Below are positions 1 through 9,073 of a DNA stretch of 63,641 nucleotides, piece by piece. The DNA lies in IMG/VR virus record IMGVR_UViG_3300032311_000461, positions 1-63,641 of that record. One strand, 5' to 3'. The stretch comes from a virus (lineage: Duplodnaviria > Caudoviricetes). The first letter of the stretch is position 1; every line of letters begins with the position of its first letter. The notes under the pieces were generated by a model. It was not told the DNA's origin. It ran no database searches and was given only the letters and a program-made list of their open reading frames with translations. Made by a program: the position numbers and the translations under genes.

Positions 1-123
1 CCAACTGGTCGAACAGTACCCGATGAGTCCCGCACTAATCCACGCTTGCCATACCCTTGGTAGATGTAGACCTCTCCTCTGCGACCTTGGGAGAAGGCCA
101 CTGGGTGATCCCCGGTGAACTGA
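1..123. repeat. Terminal direct repeat (circular assembly overlap), copy 1
   Basis: 1..123 is identical to 63519..63641, and a CDS reads through the join. Confidence 0.95.
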
Positions 124-398
124 CCAGCCAGCTTGGTGGTTTCAGTGCCACCGTCGAACTCTACGATGTCACCGTTTTCACTCTGACCAAGAATGATGTC
201 GGTCTTGGCGGTGCCGGTGGACAGGCCCCATAGCTCGACCATCCGCTTGCTGGTGGGAATGATTTTCTTTGAGCCGCCGCGAACGGCAATCTGGCCGGGA
301 GTGAGACAGGTGAAGTTGACCTGCTCTACTGCACCACCCGGGGGCAGGATGTACCGGGAGAAGGCAGGGGCCCACCCCTTGAACTTGTTTATCTTCAT
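1..398 (-). CDS. 5' part of the tail tubular/stabilisation protein (continues at 63518..60980)
   Basis: ATG at 398 overlaps the stop of 395..1465 (ATGA). Frame MKINKFKGWAPAFSRYILPPGG...GQFTGDHPVAFSQGRRGEVY joins the 879-aa ORF in frame across the repeat. Confidence 0.85.
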   Translation of the reverse strand, partial: MKINKFKGWAPAFSRYILPPGGAVEQVNFTCLTPGQIAVRGGSKKIIPTSKRMVELWGLSTGTAKTDIILGQSENGDIVEFDGGTETTKLAGQFTGDHPVAFSQGRRGEVYIYQGYGKRGLVRDSSGTVRPV

Positions 399-1465
399 GC
401 GATGGGGTTCCCGCAACTATCGTAGACCGTATCGGAGGAGCCACCGTTGATTTCACCCGGGATGGGACAGGTGCCTTCAGCGTTTGGCCCGCCGGTTGTT
501 CCGCAGTAGGTGCCCTGATCCACACCCGGTCGGAGATACCAGAGCGCGTAGTAGCCGCCGCCACCAGCTTGGCCACCGTTGTGGTTTCTCTGACCAGAAA
601 GAACGGCAATGGCATCGCTCTCAAATGCCATCCTGAGATCACGCCCGTAGACTCCAGTCGCACCCTCGACATTTTTGCCGGTGATCCTCGCCATCCAGAC
701 CTCAGAGCCAGAGAGCAAAGCCGTGTACATCCCGGGCGATATGTCCAGATAGTCGGTGATTACGAACTTAGTCCCATCTGGATAAGCCATCTTGCCCGCC
801 GGGGAGTAGGCATACAGCTTGCCGGTGTTGGCAACCCCGTAGATCAAGCCCTCGTCGCTGTAGGCATTCATCCCGGTAAGGGATTCGGGGTGCTTTCTGG
901 GGTCAGCACTTACCCTCAACACAGACCCGATCATCAGATTGGTGAAGGTAGTGCCATTACCCATTGCCTCTTGGCCGGTCCAAGAAATCGTGCCGTTTCG
1001 GGTCTGCGGCTCCCAGCCCGTGAACCTGAGATCACGGGGGCGGCGACGGTAGGTGACCGACACGCAGCTATCAGATGCCCAGCCGTTGTAGACAATGAGG
1101 TCGAATCGGTCAGGGACCTGAGTGGAAGGGGCGACCGTCCACGCAATGCGGGCAAACCCCCGGAACTGCAAATGAACCAGCCGGTTGAACTCGGTGGGGC
1201 TCAGGTACTCAGCGATCACGCCCGTCTGTGGCAGCATGAACGAGTCCACTGAGGTCACGCCCCACGGCAGGGTATGCCGGGAGATGGTGTCCTGACCACA
1301 GATGTCGATCATCTCCTCGGCCTGATACCAACGCCAATCCCGCACAGACACAAGGTCCCTGTAGGCGGAGAACAAAGCCTGCCTGAGGACCCGGTTCTCT
1401 TGGTCTTGGGCACCGCCGCCAGTAGAGTCCATTAGGTAGCTGATTGCGTCAAAAGCTGTGTACAC
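395..1465 (-). CDS. Putative head-tail adaptor / tail tubular protein A-like
   Basis: 356 aa, WRWY motif after an N-terminal helix, directly upstream of the large tail stabilisation gene as in podoviruses. Confidence 0.55.
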   Translation of the reverse strand: MYTAFDAISYLMDSTGGGAQDQENRVLRQALFSAYRDLVSVRDWRWYQAEEMIDICGQDTISRHTLPWGVTSVDSFMLPQTGVIAEYLSPTEFNRLVHLQFRGFARIAWTVAPSTQVPDRFDLIVYNGWASDSCVSVTYRRRPRDLRFTGWEPQTRNGTISWTGQEAMGNGTTFTNLMIGSVLRVSADPRKHPESLTGMNAYSDEGLIYGVANTGKLYAYSPAGKMAYPDGTKFVITDYLDISPGMYTALLSGSEVWMARITGKNVEGATGVYGRDLRMAFESDAIAVLSGQRNHNGGQAGGGGYYALWYLRPGVDQGTYCGTTGGPNAEGTCPIPGEINGGSSDTVYDSCGNPIA

Positions 1466-1472
1466 AAATCAC

Positions 1473-3071
1473 CTACTTGGAGTAGAGGGATACGCCCGTT
1501 GTGCTGGACATGAGGAACTGGCCGTTGCCGTAAGCCACGCTCGTCCATGTTGCAGACCTAGGCAGAGTCACCTTCGTCCAGTTGATCCCGTCCGAAGAGA
1601 TGGCTGAGACTGCGGATGGGCCACCAACGGCAACCCAAGTCCCGTTACCAAATGCGATGCCCGTCCAGTTCAAGGTGGCGGGCATTCTGATGACTGCCCA
1701 GTTCACCCCATCAGTGCTAGTGACCGCATTGGCACCATCGCACACTGCCACAAACCGGCCATTTCCATAGGCAACGTCATTCCATACGGCTGCGAATGGA
1801 AGGGTTGTGCCCACCCAGCCGCTGGAGTCTGCCGCACGAATGCACTTGTTGGTGGTGTATCGCGTGACCGTAGCTAAGGAATTCTGGTAGAAGCCAGTAC
1901 CAACAGCCACTGCCATTGTAGTGCTGCTTGCCACACCGTTGACGTAGGCCAGATCATATTGCCTGTCTGGAGTGGTAATAGAGGTCAAGCCAGAAGTTAC
2001 TCCCCTTACCCACGTTGATGCGTCTGTGGAGGTGTATGGAGTTACGTTGTAGACGATCTGAGAAGGCGAGAAACCGGCAGGGGTCACCTTGGCGAACGAG
2101 AAGAACTTGCCGTTCAGGAAGGAAACCCACTTGGTTCCCATATAAGAAACGGGCAGTGCGGTTCGGCTCGTCCAGTTGATGCCGTCTGGGCTTGTGCATG
2201 GAGTCACCCCGTCGAAACCTGACCATGTACCCTGACCAAAGGCTGGCACTGTCTCAAGGGTGTTGATGCCAGCCCATGTCAGGCCATCGACAGAAAAGCC
2301 GCCGCCAAGGCCAGCAAATTGCCCTTCGTAAAATTGGATCAGTGATGGTGTTTTGCTGAACCCATCTCGCCATGTCGAGCCCGGGATGCTGGGCAGAACG
2401 CTCAGGTCAGCCAACAGGGAGTAGGCGGGACCCAAGGTGGCAGTGCTGGCCTTGCATCTGTAGGTCTTGCCGTTGTCCGCAAGAACAGCCTTAAACTTGA
2501 GGGACTGGCCGGGGGCAACATCAGTCCAGTTCGCCCCACCGTCTGTGGTCATCTGCCACATATAGACGATAGGAGTCTCGGTTGACTGGGCATTGGCATA
2601 GAGGCTGACCTCATCACCAACGTAGACACTCTTGTCTGCCGGGGAGGACACAAAGGTCAGACTGTCAGTGCCGCCGCCGCCACTGCTTGGCAGGACTAGG
2701 TTCAGGGTCTGGGTGGGTGGTGTGCCCGTGATGGTGGCCATCGGCACCGGGCCGGAAGTCACAGACCCGATGACCAGTGAGTACAAGGGGGCCGCAGGGC
2801 CCACAGCACCAGCGGGACCAGCGGGACCAGCTTCCCCCGGGGGTCCAGCTACACCGGGCTCGGCCTGATAGGGAAGCTCCATGTAGGCCCTGATGCCGTC
2901 ACCGATCTTCCACTTGCCAGTGTCTGACTCATAGGCAGTAGCACCCGCACAGAGAACGGGGTTAGCCAGTGCCCACTCCATAGAGGTCTTGGAGGGCATA
3001 GCAAACGGAGATGGAGAGCCGCAGCCGCAGCCAGCGGGGGTGCCGGTGCAGGTGCTTGGGACAAAGCTCAT
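1473..3071 (-). CDS. Tail fibre / receptor-binding protein (Mtd-N-like motif, short collagen stretch, Ig-like domain, beta-propeller-like repeats)
   Basis: WALANPVLCAGATAYESDTGKWKIGDG; GPAGPAG; YMWQ...TYRCKA Ig pattern; repeated W..VAYGNG.FVAV...SxDGINW. Confidence 0.75.
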   Translation of the reverse strand: MSFVPSTCTGTPAGCGCGSPSPFAMPSKTSMEWALANPVLCAGATAYESDTGKWKIGDGIRAYMELPYQAEPGVAGPPGEAGPAGPAGAVGPAAPLYSLVIGSVTSGPVPMATITGTPPTQTLNLVLPSSGGGGTDSLTFVSSPADKSVYVGDEVSLYANAQSTETPIVYMWQMTTDGGANWTDVAPGQSLKFKAVLADNGKTYRCKASTATLGPAYSLLADLSVLPSIPGSTWRDGFSKTPSLIQFYEGQFAGLGGGFSVDGLTWAGINTLETVPAFGQGTWSGFDGVTPCTSPDGINWTSRTALPVSYMGTKWVSFLNGKFFSFAKVTPAGFSPSQIVYNVTPYTSTDASTWVRGVTSGLTSITTPDRQYDLAYVNGVASSTTMAVAVGTGFYQNSLATVTRYTTNKCIRAADSSGWVGTTLPFAAVWNDVAYGNGRFVAVCDGANAVTSTDGVNWAVIRMPATLNWTGIAFGNGTWVAVGGPSAVSAISSDGINWTKVTLPRSATWTSVAYGNGQFLMSSTTGVSLYSK

Positions 3072-3331
3072 TGTTGCTCCTCAGTTTTCAGTGCCGCCCG
3101 GTACGCATCACACTCGCTCTTGACCACTTGCATGGCCGCATCCTGTTCGGCAGCGATCTTTTTCTCTGCCTCAATTCTTAGCTCCATCTCTGCCAGCATG
3201 GCTTCGTGAGCCACCATGTCGATCTCGCCTAGCTCCTGAAGCTCCGCATCCTTCTTTTCGCGTTCGGCTGCGGCCATGTCGATCACGGGTTCAGTTACGG
3301 TTTCGGTCACTACTTCGTTTTCAGTGGTCAT
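3068..3331 (-). CDS. Acidic coiled-coil protein, possible fibre chaperone
   Basis: 87 aa Glu/Ala-rich, AGGAG SD, overlaps the next gene. Confidence 0.6.
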   Translation of the reverse strand: MTTENEVVTETVTEPVIDMAAAEREKKDAELQELGEIDMVAHEAMLAEMELRIEAEKKIAAEQDAAMQVVKSECDAYRAALKTEEQQ

Positions 3332-3339
3332 GGTTACTC

Positions 3340-4557
3340 CTAGAAAGCAGTTAGGGCTACACGTTTCCAGCTACCACTGGCGACACAAATATAAAGGTAG
3401 TTGGCATCCCATCTCATTGTTCCAGCCACACCGGCAGCGGCAGAGTTGGCGGGAGTGAATGCAGCGTTCCCAATTACAGCGGGTGAGGGAATGCTGTTGG
3501 CCGCGAACGAATGGGCAAGTCCGGTGCTGGTGATGTTGCCAACTACTTCCACTGCCCCTCGCAGAGCAGTGTCGCCACCCACTTCAAGCTGCTTAGTCGG
3601 GACAGCAAAGTTCAGCCCAGTGCGACCCTTGAAGTAAACGTCTGCGGCTGCCTGAGACTCAATCGCATAGCTTCCAGTTGCCGCGACAAGTTCCGCACCG
3701 ATATACAAGCCGACATTGCGGGTAGCTCCACCACTGGCAAAGGCTTGCAGTCCGTAGTTGGTGTTCGCCGTTCCGGTAGCTTCCCCACGAACCCCAACAC
3801 CAACACTGCACGTTCCACTTGCAGCACCCGCAATGGCTGTGACGCTACCGCTGGTGAGGCTTGAGCCGATTGTGCTGGCAGCAAGTGCGACCGATGTTTG
3901 TCCTGTGCCGGTGCCGGTCTGGTCGATGCGGACAGCATCACCAAACTCCGTCCGCTTTATTCTCACCCCGCCCGTATCATTGACGAAGAAATTATCGGCA
4001 CCGATTGAAAGCGTTCTCCCTTTGGCAGCGGAGCAGGCGAGGGCAATGTCCGCGCCGGGCTGACCTGATGCGTAGCCGGTTGTGGTGAACGACATCACGC
4101 TCTCAAAGTACCCGTCTGCCGTTTCAGCACTTGTCGCGGTAACTTGTATCTGAGCCGTAGTCCTGTCGGCAGCACCATTGCTTGGCTTGGTCTGCCAACG
4201 CATAAACCCCAGCGAGGTGTTTACGGTGACGGCGGTTGGTGCGGCGAGAGTGCCGAGTTTTTTGCGGAAGAGTAGACCGGCGGCTCCTGCTCCTACGTTG
4301 TAAATCTCAGCAAAAGACGAGCCGCCCTCACGAACTGCGTGAAGCACTGTCGCCGGATGGATAGCCGTTGCCGGTGTCGTGAACGTCGCACCGACTTGAA
4401 TGCCCAGCGAGCCGGTCATGTTATCGCCAGCCTTCTTCACATAGCGAGCGTCAACGTCTGTGGTGCTGGTCAGTACGTTGCCATCAGCGTCCAGCTTGGT
4501 GACGTTGGTTGGGTCTTTGGATACAGCCCGCAGGGGCCAGAGAATTGTGTCGGACAT
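3340..4557 (-). CDS. Tail fibre protein
   Basis: ARYVKKAGDNMTGSL fibre motif, Gly/Ala/Thr-rich beta repeats, C-terminal GTMRWDANYLYICVASGSWKRVAL. Confidence 0.75.
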   Translation of the reverse strand: MSDTILWPLRAVSKDPTNVTKLDADGNVLTSTTDVDARYVKKAGDNMTGSLGIQVGATFTTPATAIHPATVLHAVREGGSSFAEIYNVGAGAAGLLFRKKLGTLAAPTAVTVNTSLGFMRWQTKPSNGAADRTTAQIQVTATSAETADGYFESVMSFTTTGYASGQPGADIALACSAAKGRTLSIGADNFFVNDTGGVRIKRTEFGDAVRIDQTGTGTGQTSVALAASTIGSSLTSGSVTAIAGAASGTCSVGVGVRGEATGTANTNYGLQAFASGGATRNVGLYIGAELVAATGSYAIESQAAADVYFKGRTGLNFAVPTKQLEVGGDTALRGAVEVVGNITSTGLAHSFAANSIPSPAVIGNAAFTPANSAAAGVAGTMRWDANYLYICVASGSWKRVALTAF

Positions 4558-4566
4558 GTAACTTCC

Positions 4567-6003
4567 TTATGACGAAATCAACACCCAGTTGGTGGTGCCG
4601 GTTTTGTACAGAGTGGCTTTTGAGTATGGGCCAGCTAGGGACACCTGAGCCCCAAGACCACCGCTGGAGCCGCCCGTAATCTGTGGGTTGTAGTTAAGCG
4701 TCACGGTCGGCTCGGCCTGCACGGTCGTTGTGGACGTTACAGACAGATCAACAATCTCAAACCGTGATCCAATCGGAATGCCGCTGTCGGCTGCGGGAAG
4801 GGTGATTACAAGCGCAATGGCATCAGTGCGGACATTTGCCAGCACACAGCCTCTGTCGGGCCCAGAGAGGATTCTGCCGCTGGTCAGCGGAATGTACTTG
4901 GGGCTTCCTGTGATAAAACCCGTTACGTTCAGGTCGCCGCCAAGGCTAGAGGGAGCGGGGCCCTGCGAGTAGAAGGCATACTCGTTTGGCTTGGGTGATG
5001 TCGGGCTTGCGGCTGGGCCAGTGTTTATTGCGTAGAAAGCCGCAACTGGGTTGGAGTAGCCAGATGTACTACTGCTCCTTGTGTCCGCGGAAATAGCCCC
5101 CGTGTTGGGGCCGATGAAGTTACTTGGCAGAGTGACGGTGACCGATTCTGTGTTGGAGCTACTGGTCAGCCGAAGTACGCCGTTGACTGTACTAAGGCCG
5201 GACAGTGCCACAGCACCGACGTTGGCTGCCGTTGGGAACGGGTGCGTGTGATCGGCTCTGGCAAAAGAAGTGGAAGTCCCAACCGTGCCGGTGCTTGTGT
5301 CCGCGAGGGCAGCGGTCGTGCTGGCGGTGCCGCCCGGTGCGGTTCCAGTTAGGTCAGAGTAGTTCAGGGCAGCGTTGACAAAGTTCGTGCCATTCCACCG
5401 GAGAACCTGCCCCGCAGCCGGTGCCGTGACCGTAACGTCCGAGAGAGAGTCAGCGTTCAGGCCAGAGATTGCATTGACCAGAATGGAGTTGGGCTGGAAG
5501 TTGTGGGCGGTGCCAGTGCTTGTGATGTTGCCAGCGACCGAGATGCCCGTACCGGATATTGCGAGCGTCTGAACCGAGTTGGCAAAGAACCTGATTAGAC
5601 CGTTGCCAGTCTGACTAAATGAGGTGGCACCACCAGATGCGTAGTTCACAAAGTTAAACGAGGTGCCCGTCTGGACAAGCTGCCCTGTGTTCGTGCCAGC
5701 CGAGATGTTCAGAGTGGCATTGCCGCCGTCTGTAGACCTAAGGGTCTGTGTAGTGTTGCCTGTGCCGCCGACAACAAGCTGGGCGGCGGCTGGAGATATG
5801 ATGAGGTTGCCCGTCATCGTGTCGCCGGTCATGTTGACATAGCGAGCGTCAAGGTCAACAGACGAGACAAGGACGAGGTTGTCAGTGCCTAGCTTTGCAA
5901 GCTGGCCTGCATTGGCAGACACAGCCGATGGCCCAGCGGGGCCGGTTGGCCCTTTTAGGCTCACCCACGCCGCACCGTCATAAATTCTTACATCAGAAGG
6001 CAT
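4567..6003 (-). CDS. Tail fibre protein
   Basis: ARYVNMTGDTMTGNL, LSDVTVTAPAAGQVLRWNGTNF, ARADHTHP metal-binding knot. Confidence 0.8.
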   Translation of the reverse strand: MPSDVRIYDGAAWVSLKGPTGPAGPSAVSANAGQLAKLGTDNLVLVSSVDLDARYVNMTGDTMTGNLIISPAAAQLVVGGTGNTTQTLRSTDGGNATLNISAGTNTGQLVQTGTSFNFVNYASGGATSFSQTGNGLIRFFANSVQTLAISGTGISVAGNITSTGTAHNFQPNSILVNAISGLNADSLSDVTVTAPAAGQVLRWNGTNFVNAALNYSDLTGTAPGGTASTTAALADTSTGTVGTSTSFARADHTHPFPTAANVGAVALSGLSTVNGVLRLTSSSNTESVTVTLPSNFIGPNTGAISADTRSSSTSGYSNPVAAFYAINTGPAASPTSPKPNEYAFYSQGPAPSSLGGDLNVTGFITGSPKYIPLTSGRILSGPDRGCVLANVRTDAIALVITLPAADSGIPIGSRFEIVDLSVTSTTTVQAEPTVTLNYNPQITGGSSGGLGAQVSLAGPYSKATLYKTGTTNWVLISS

Positions 6004-6065
6004 GGTTCGTTCCTGTGCCGTGAAGGGGAGGCCCTATTGCCATCCCCTGTTGCTATGACCAGAGA

Positions 6066-6857
6066 TCAAGGAACGAGCCAGATAGCACCTTGCAGCATTC
6101 CGGTCGGGGTGGTGACGGTGGTGTAGACCTGATAGTTGGTCCCAGCATCGCCCTTTGCACCCTGCGGGATCGTGAAGTTCAGGACGCTGTTGTTGGGCGA
6201 AGCATCAGTGTCGGTAACGGAAGCCTGTGTTCCGGCTGCCCCGGTTGTGGTTGTCCCTACCGAGACAGTGGCACTGGTGCCATTTGCTCCTGTGCTACCA
6301 GTATCGCCCTTAGGTCCCTTGATGGGTCCCACGTTTACCCACGCGGTGCCTGTCCAAGTGATGCCATCACCGTCTGCCTTCGTGCCGGTGCCTGTGTTGT
6401 TGGGAGCCGCAGTCGGAACTGGGGTGCCCAAGATGTACATATCACCCGTGGCAGGGCTTGTCGGCAGGGGAGTGGCTAGACCGGAGAGCGTTCCCTTGAT
6501 GGTTACGCCGCTACCAGCCGGTCCCTGTGGCCCAGTAACCACCTGAAAATCGAACTTGGCAGCCGAAGTGGAGCCCGAGTTCGTAATGGTAGGTGGTGTG
6601 CCGAACGGAACACTCGTAACAGTGCCCACGGTGATGGTGGCAGCCGTGCCCGCAGCACCCTGAGGAATGCCGAAGGTCAGGTTGGCAATGGCCGGATCGG
6701 GATTGCTGTCCGTAACCGTGGCCGGGGCTCCCGGGGCAAGGGTGTTCACGCCTGCAATAGTTACGGTAGCACCAGTACCTTGGGCACCAGTGTTGCCAGT
6801 AGGGCCTTTCAGGCTAACCCACGCGGCCCCGTCCCAAATTCTTACATCGGATGGCAT
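6066..6857 (-). CDS. Collagen-like tail fibre protein
   Basis: Repeated A.VT...LxFxIPQG units and G-X-Y stretches; first 21 aa nearly identical to 4567..6003. Confidence 0.8.
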   Translation of the reverse strand: MPSDVRIWDGAAWVSLKGPTGNTGAQGTGATVTIAGVNTLAPGAPATVTDSNPDPAIANLTFGIPQGAAGTAATITVGTVTSVPFGTPPTITNSGSTSAAKFDFQVVTGPQGPAGSGVTIKGTLSGLATPLPTSPATGDMYILGTPVPTAAPNNTGTGTKADGDGITWTGTAWVNVGPIKGPKGDTGSTGANGTSATVSVGTTTTGAAGTQASVTDTDASPNNSVLNFTIPQGAKGDAGTNYQVYTTVTTPTGMLQGAIWLVP

Positions 6858-6882
6858 ATTCAATACCTTTCAGGTCGAAGTG

Positions 6883-7209
6883 TTACGAGAGATAAATTAC
6901 ATCAGGGGGCAGGTCCGGTGGTAGATAAACTATCACAGGGTCTGGTGTCGGCGGAAGTCTTTTTACTAGGACTATCTCAGGCTCTGGGGTGGGCATCTGC
7001 TCCAAGATCACGTTGCCTGCATCCCTAACACCGCTATCAATCCACTCGTCACCCTTGCGGGGGTTTGTGGGTGGTGTGGGCTGTGGGCCATAAACAGTGA
7101 TGGAGATACCGTCAGCACCGGGAGGGCCTTGTGGGCCAACACCACCGCCGCCACCCGATGAGATCGGTTGCCAGCCTGTGCCGTCGAAGTAGTAGAGGTT
7201 GTTAGCCAT
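6883..7209 (-). CDS. Short fibre-associated protein
   Basis: YYFDGTGW N-terminus, GPQGPPG, PTNPRKGDEWID motif. Confidence 0.65.
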   Translation of the reverse strand: MANNLYYFDGTGWQPISSGGGGGVGPQGPPGADGISITVYGPQPTPPTNPRKGDEWIDSGVRDAGNVILEQMPTPEPEIVLVKRLPPTPDPVIVYLPPDLPPDVIYLS

Positions 7210-8897
7210 TACGCAACCTTTGCTTTGAGTTCTGCAATGTCAGCCTGTGCTTGCGTGAGTGCCGCCCGCAATGCCGTCAACTCGTCCACTAGGGTCAACT
7301 CATCAGCCACGAACTTTGGAGCGAAGTTGCCGTCAACGTAGTCCTTGCGGGTCAGGTGGCTGGCTGCCGTAGGGGCCGCAGCGGTGGACTCCACATTCGC
7401 GGAAACAGACACAACGCCAGAGACATTGGCTACGGTCGGGCCAACTGAGCCAAACCGAATGGCTGTACCAGTTGCCCTCACTTCCAGCATCACTACTGCC
7501 GCGACACTGGTAGTGGTCACAAGCAGCAAGTTGGAGTTGACATTTCTGACCGCCCAGCCACCGCTGGAGCCAAAGATGTTGTATGTGCTTGCCCAAGTCA
7601 TCGTGTTGACTGCGGTCGGGGCCACGATGGTTCCCGTCATAGTCCCGCCGGTAGTCTTCAGGAAGGCAGTGCTTCCTGAGACAGCCCCATCAACGTACTT
7701 CTTGTTGGTGAGGTCGTTATCATCGGCGGGAGTGAAGGGGGTTTGTGGGTTTGCGCCCAGAAACTGAACCTGTGCCGTGTCTGGTGCGGCTATAAAAGCC
7801 TGCTTGCCACCCGGCATATACAGCCGGTAATAGGAACCGTCGTAGTATGTATAAACGTCGGTTCCGTTGAACCCGGCGGGGCTGGCGTTTGGCGCGTACC
7901 TTAGGGGGCCGTTCATGACATCCCCTGCCTTGTTGACATAGTTGCCTGCAAGGGAAGCCGTGCAAACTCCATTGGCATCAATTGCCAAGCCATTGCCAAT
8001 CTTGATGCCACCCAGAATTGCAGCACTGGCCTTAGGCAAAATATAGTCACTACCAGCACTTGCACTGATGGTGCCGTCAGCCGTAACCGTGATTCCACTA
8101 CCGATCTTCACGCCACCAAGAACAGTGGCAGTGGCAATAGCGGTAGGGCCAGCGGGTCCGACTTCACCCTGCGGACCAGCGGGGCCAGTGACAGAATCAC
8201 CCTTGGGGCCAGCAACCCCGGGCTCGCCCTGAATGCCTTGAATGCCTTGGGGACCCGCCACGCCCTGTGGGCCTTGCACTGGGCCAGAGTCTTGCCATGC
8301 AGCCTTGGTATCATCCCAAACAAATCCCCTAGCTGGCTCGGGGGTCGAGACAACATAGAGATCGCCCTGAGTGGCAGAAGCTGGAAGGTCGCCTTGGGTA
8401 GCGACCGTGCCCATGTACTTAATGCCAAGGCCCGGTTGACCTTGAATGCCTTGAGGACCCTGAATGCCTTCTGTGCCTTGAATGCCCTGCTCGCCCTGAG
8501 GGCCAGCTTCACCAGCCACGCCGGGAACACCCTGAGGGCCAGCGGGACCAGCTACACCGGCCTCACCCTTCACGCCGGGTATCCCCTGCGGAATCTTGAA
8601 TGACAGGGATGCCTTGTTCTCGTTGCCGACATTGATCACTTCGGCTGGCAGTCCACCTTCAATCGTGATCGTTTCGGCTACTTCGATTGTGGCAGCAAGG
8701 CCCGGTTCGCCTTGAGGGCCGGGTTCACCTTCACCCGGGGAGCCGGGAGGGGCAGTGCCGTTGGGCTGAATCCACAAGTCACCGACAGCCGCCGGGTCGG
8801 TTGGCATGGTGTCAGACACAATGTGTGCGGAGTCAGAGCCGCCACCTGTGGAGATGGGCTCCCAACTTGTTCCTGACCAGTAGTACATTGCGGCCAT
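7209..8897 (-). CDS. Collagen-like tail fibre protein
   Basis: Long G-X-Y runs, ATxxxLGGVKIG repeats, LTNKKYVD / LTRKDYVD motifs, C-terminal coiled coil. Confidence 0.85.
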   Translation of the reverse strand: MAAMYYWSGTSWEPISTGGGSDSAHIVSDTMPTDPAAVGDLWIQPNGTAPPGSPGEGEPGPQGEPGLAATIEVAETITIEGGLPAEVINVGNENKASLSFKIPQGIPGVKGEAGVAGPAGPQGVPGVAGEAGPQGEQGIQGTEGIQGPQGIQGQPGLGIKYMGTVATQGDLPASATQGDLYVVSTPEPARGFVWDDTKAAWQDSGPVQGPQGVAGPQGIQGIQGEPGVAGPKGDSVTGPAGPQGEVGPAGPTAIATATVLGGVKIGSGITVTADGTISASAGSDYILPKASAAILGGIKIGNGLAIDANGVCTASLAGNYVNKAGDVMNGPLRYAPNASPAGFNGTDVYTYYDGSYYRLYMPGGKQAFIAAPDTAQVQFLGANPQTPFTPADDNDLTNKKYVDGAVSGSTAFLKTTGGTMTGTIVAPTAVNTMTWASTYNIFGSSGGWAVRNVNSNLLLVTTTSVAAVVMLEVRATGTAIRFGSVGPTVANVSGVVSVSANVESTAAAPTAASHLTRKDYVDGNFAPKFVADELTLVDELTALRAALTQAQADIAELKAKVA

Positions 8898-9073
8898 TAC
8901 TTGTACTTCTCCTCGTCTTCTTTGAGTTGGCGAATGTGTTCGTCAAGCCATCTCTGAAGGGCACGATGCTCTGCGTCCATCCACCAGCCAATGGCTAGGC
9001 CGACTAGGTATCCAGAGATGAATAGCCCGCCAAGGATGATGGTTGTCCAGACGATGAGCGTGTTGATCTGCAT
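8897..9073 (-). CDS. Small single-pass membrane protein
   Basis: MQINTLIVWTTIILGGLFISGYLVGLAIGWW followed by a charged tail; coupled to both neighbours. Confidence 0.55.
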   Translation of the reverse strand: MQINTLIVWTTIILGGLFISGYLVGLAIGWWMDAEHRALQRWLDEHIRQLKEDEEKYK

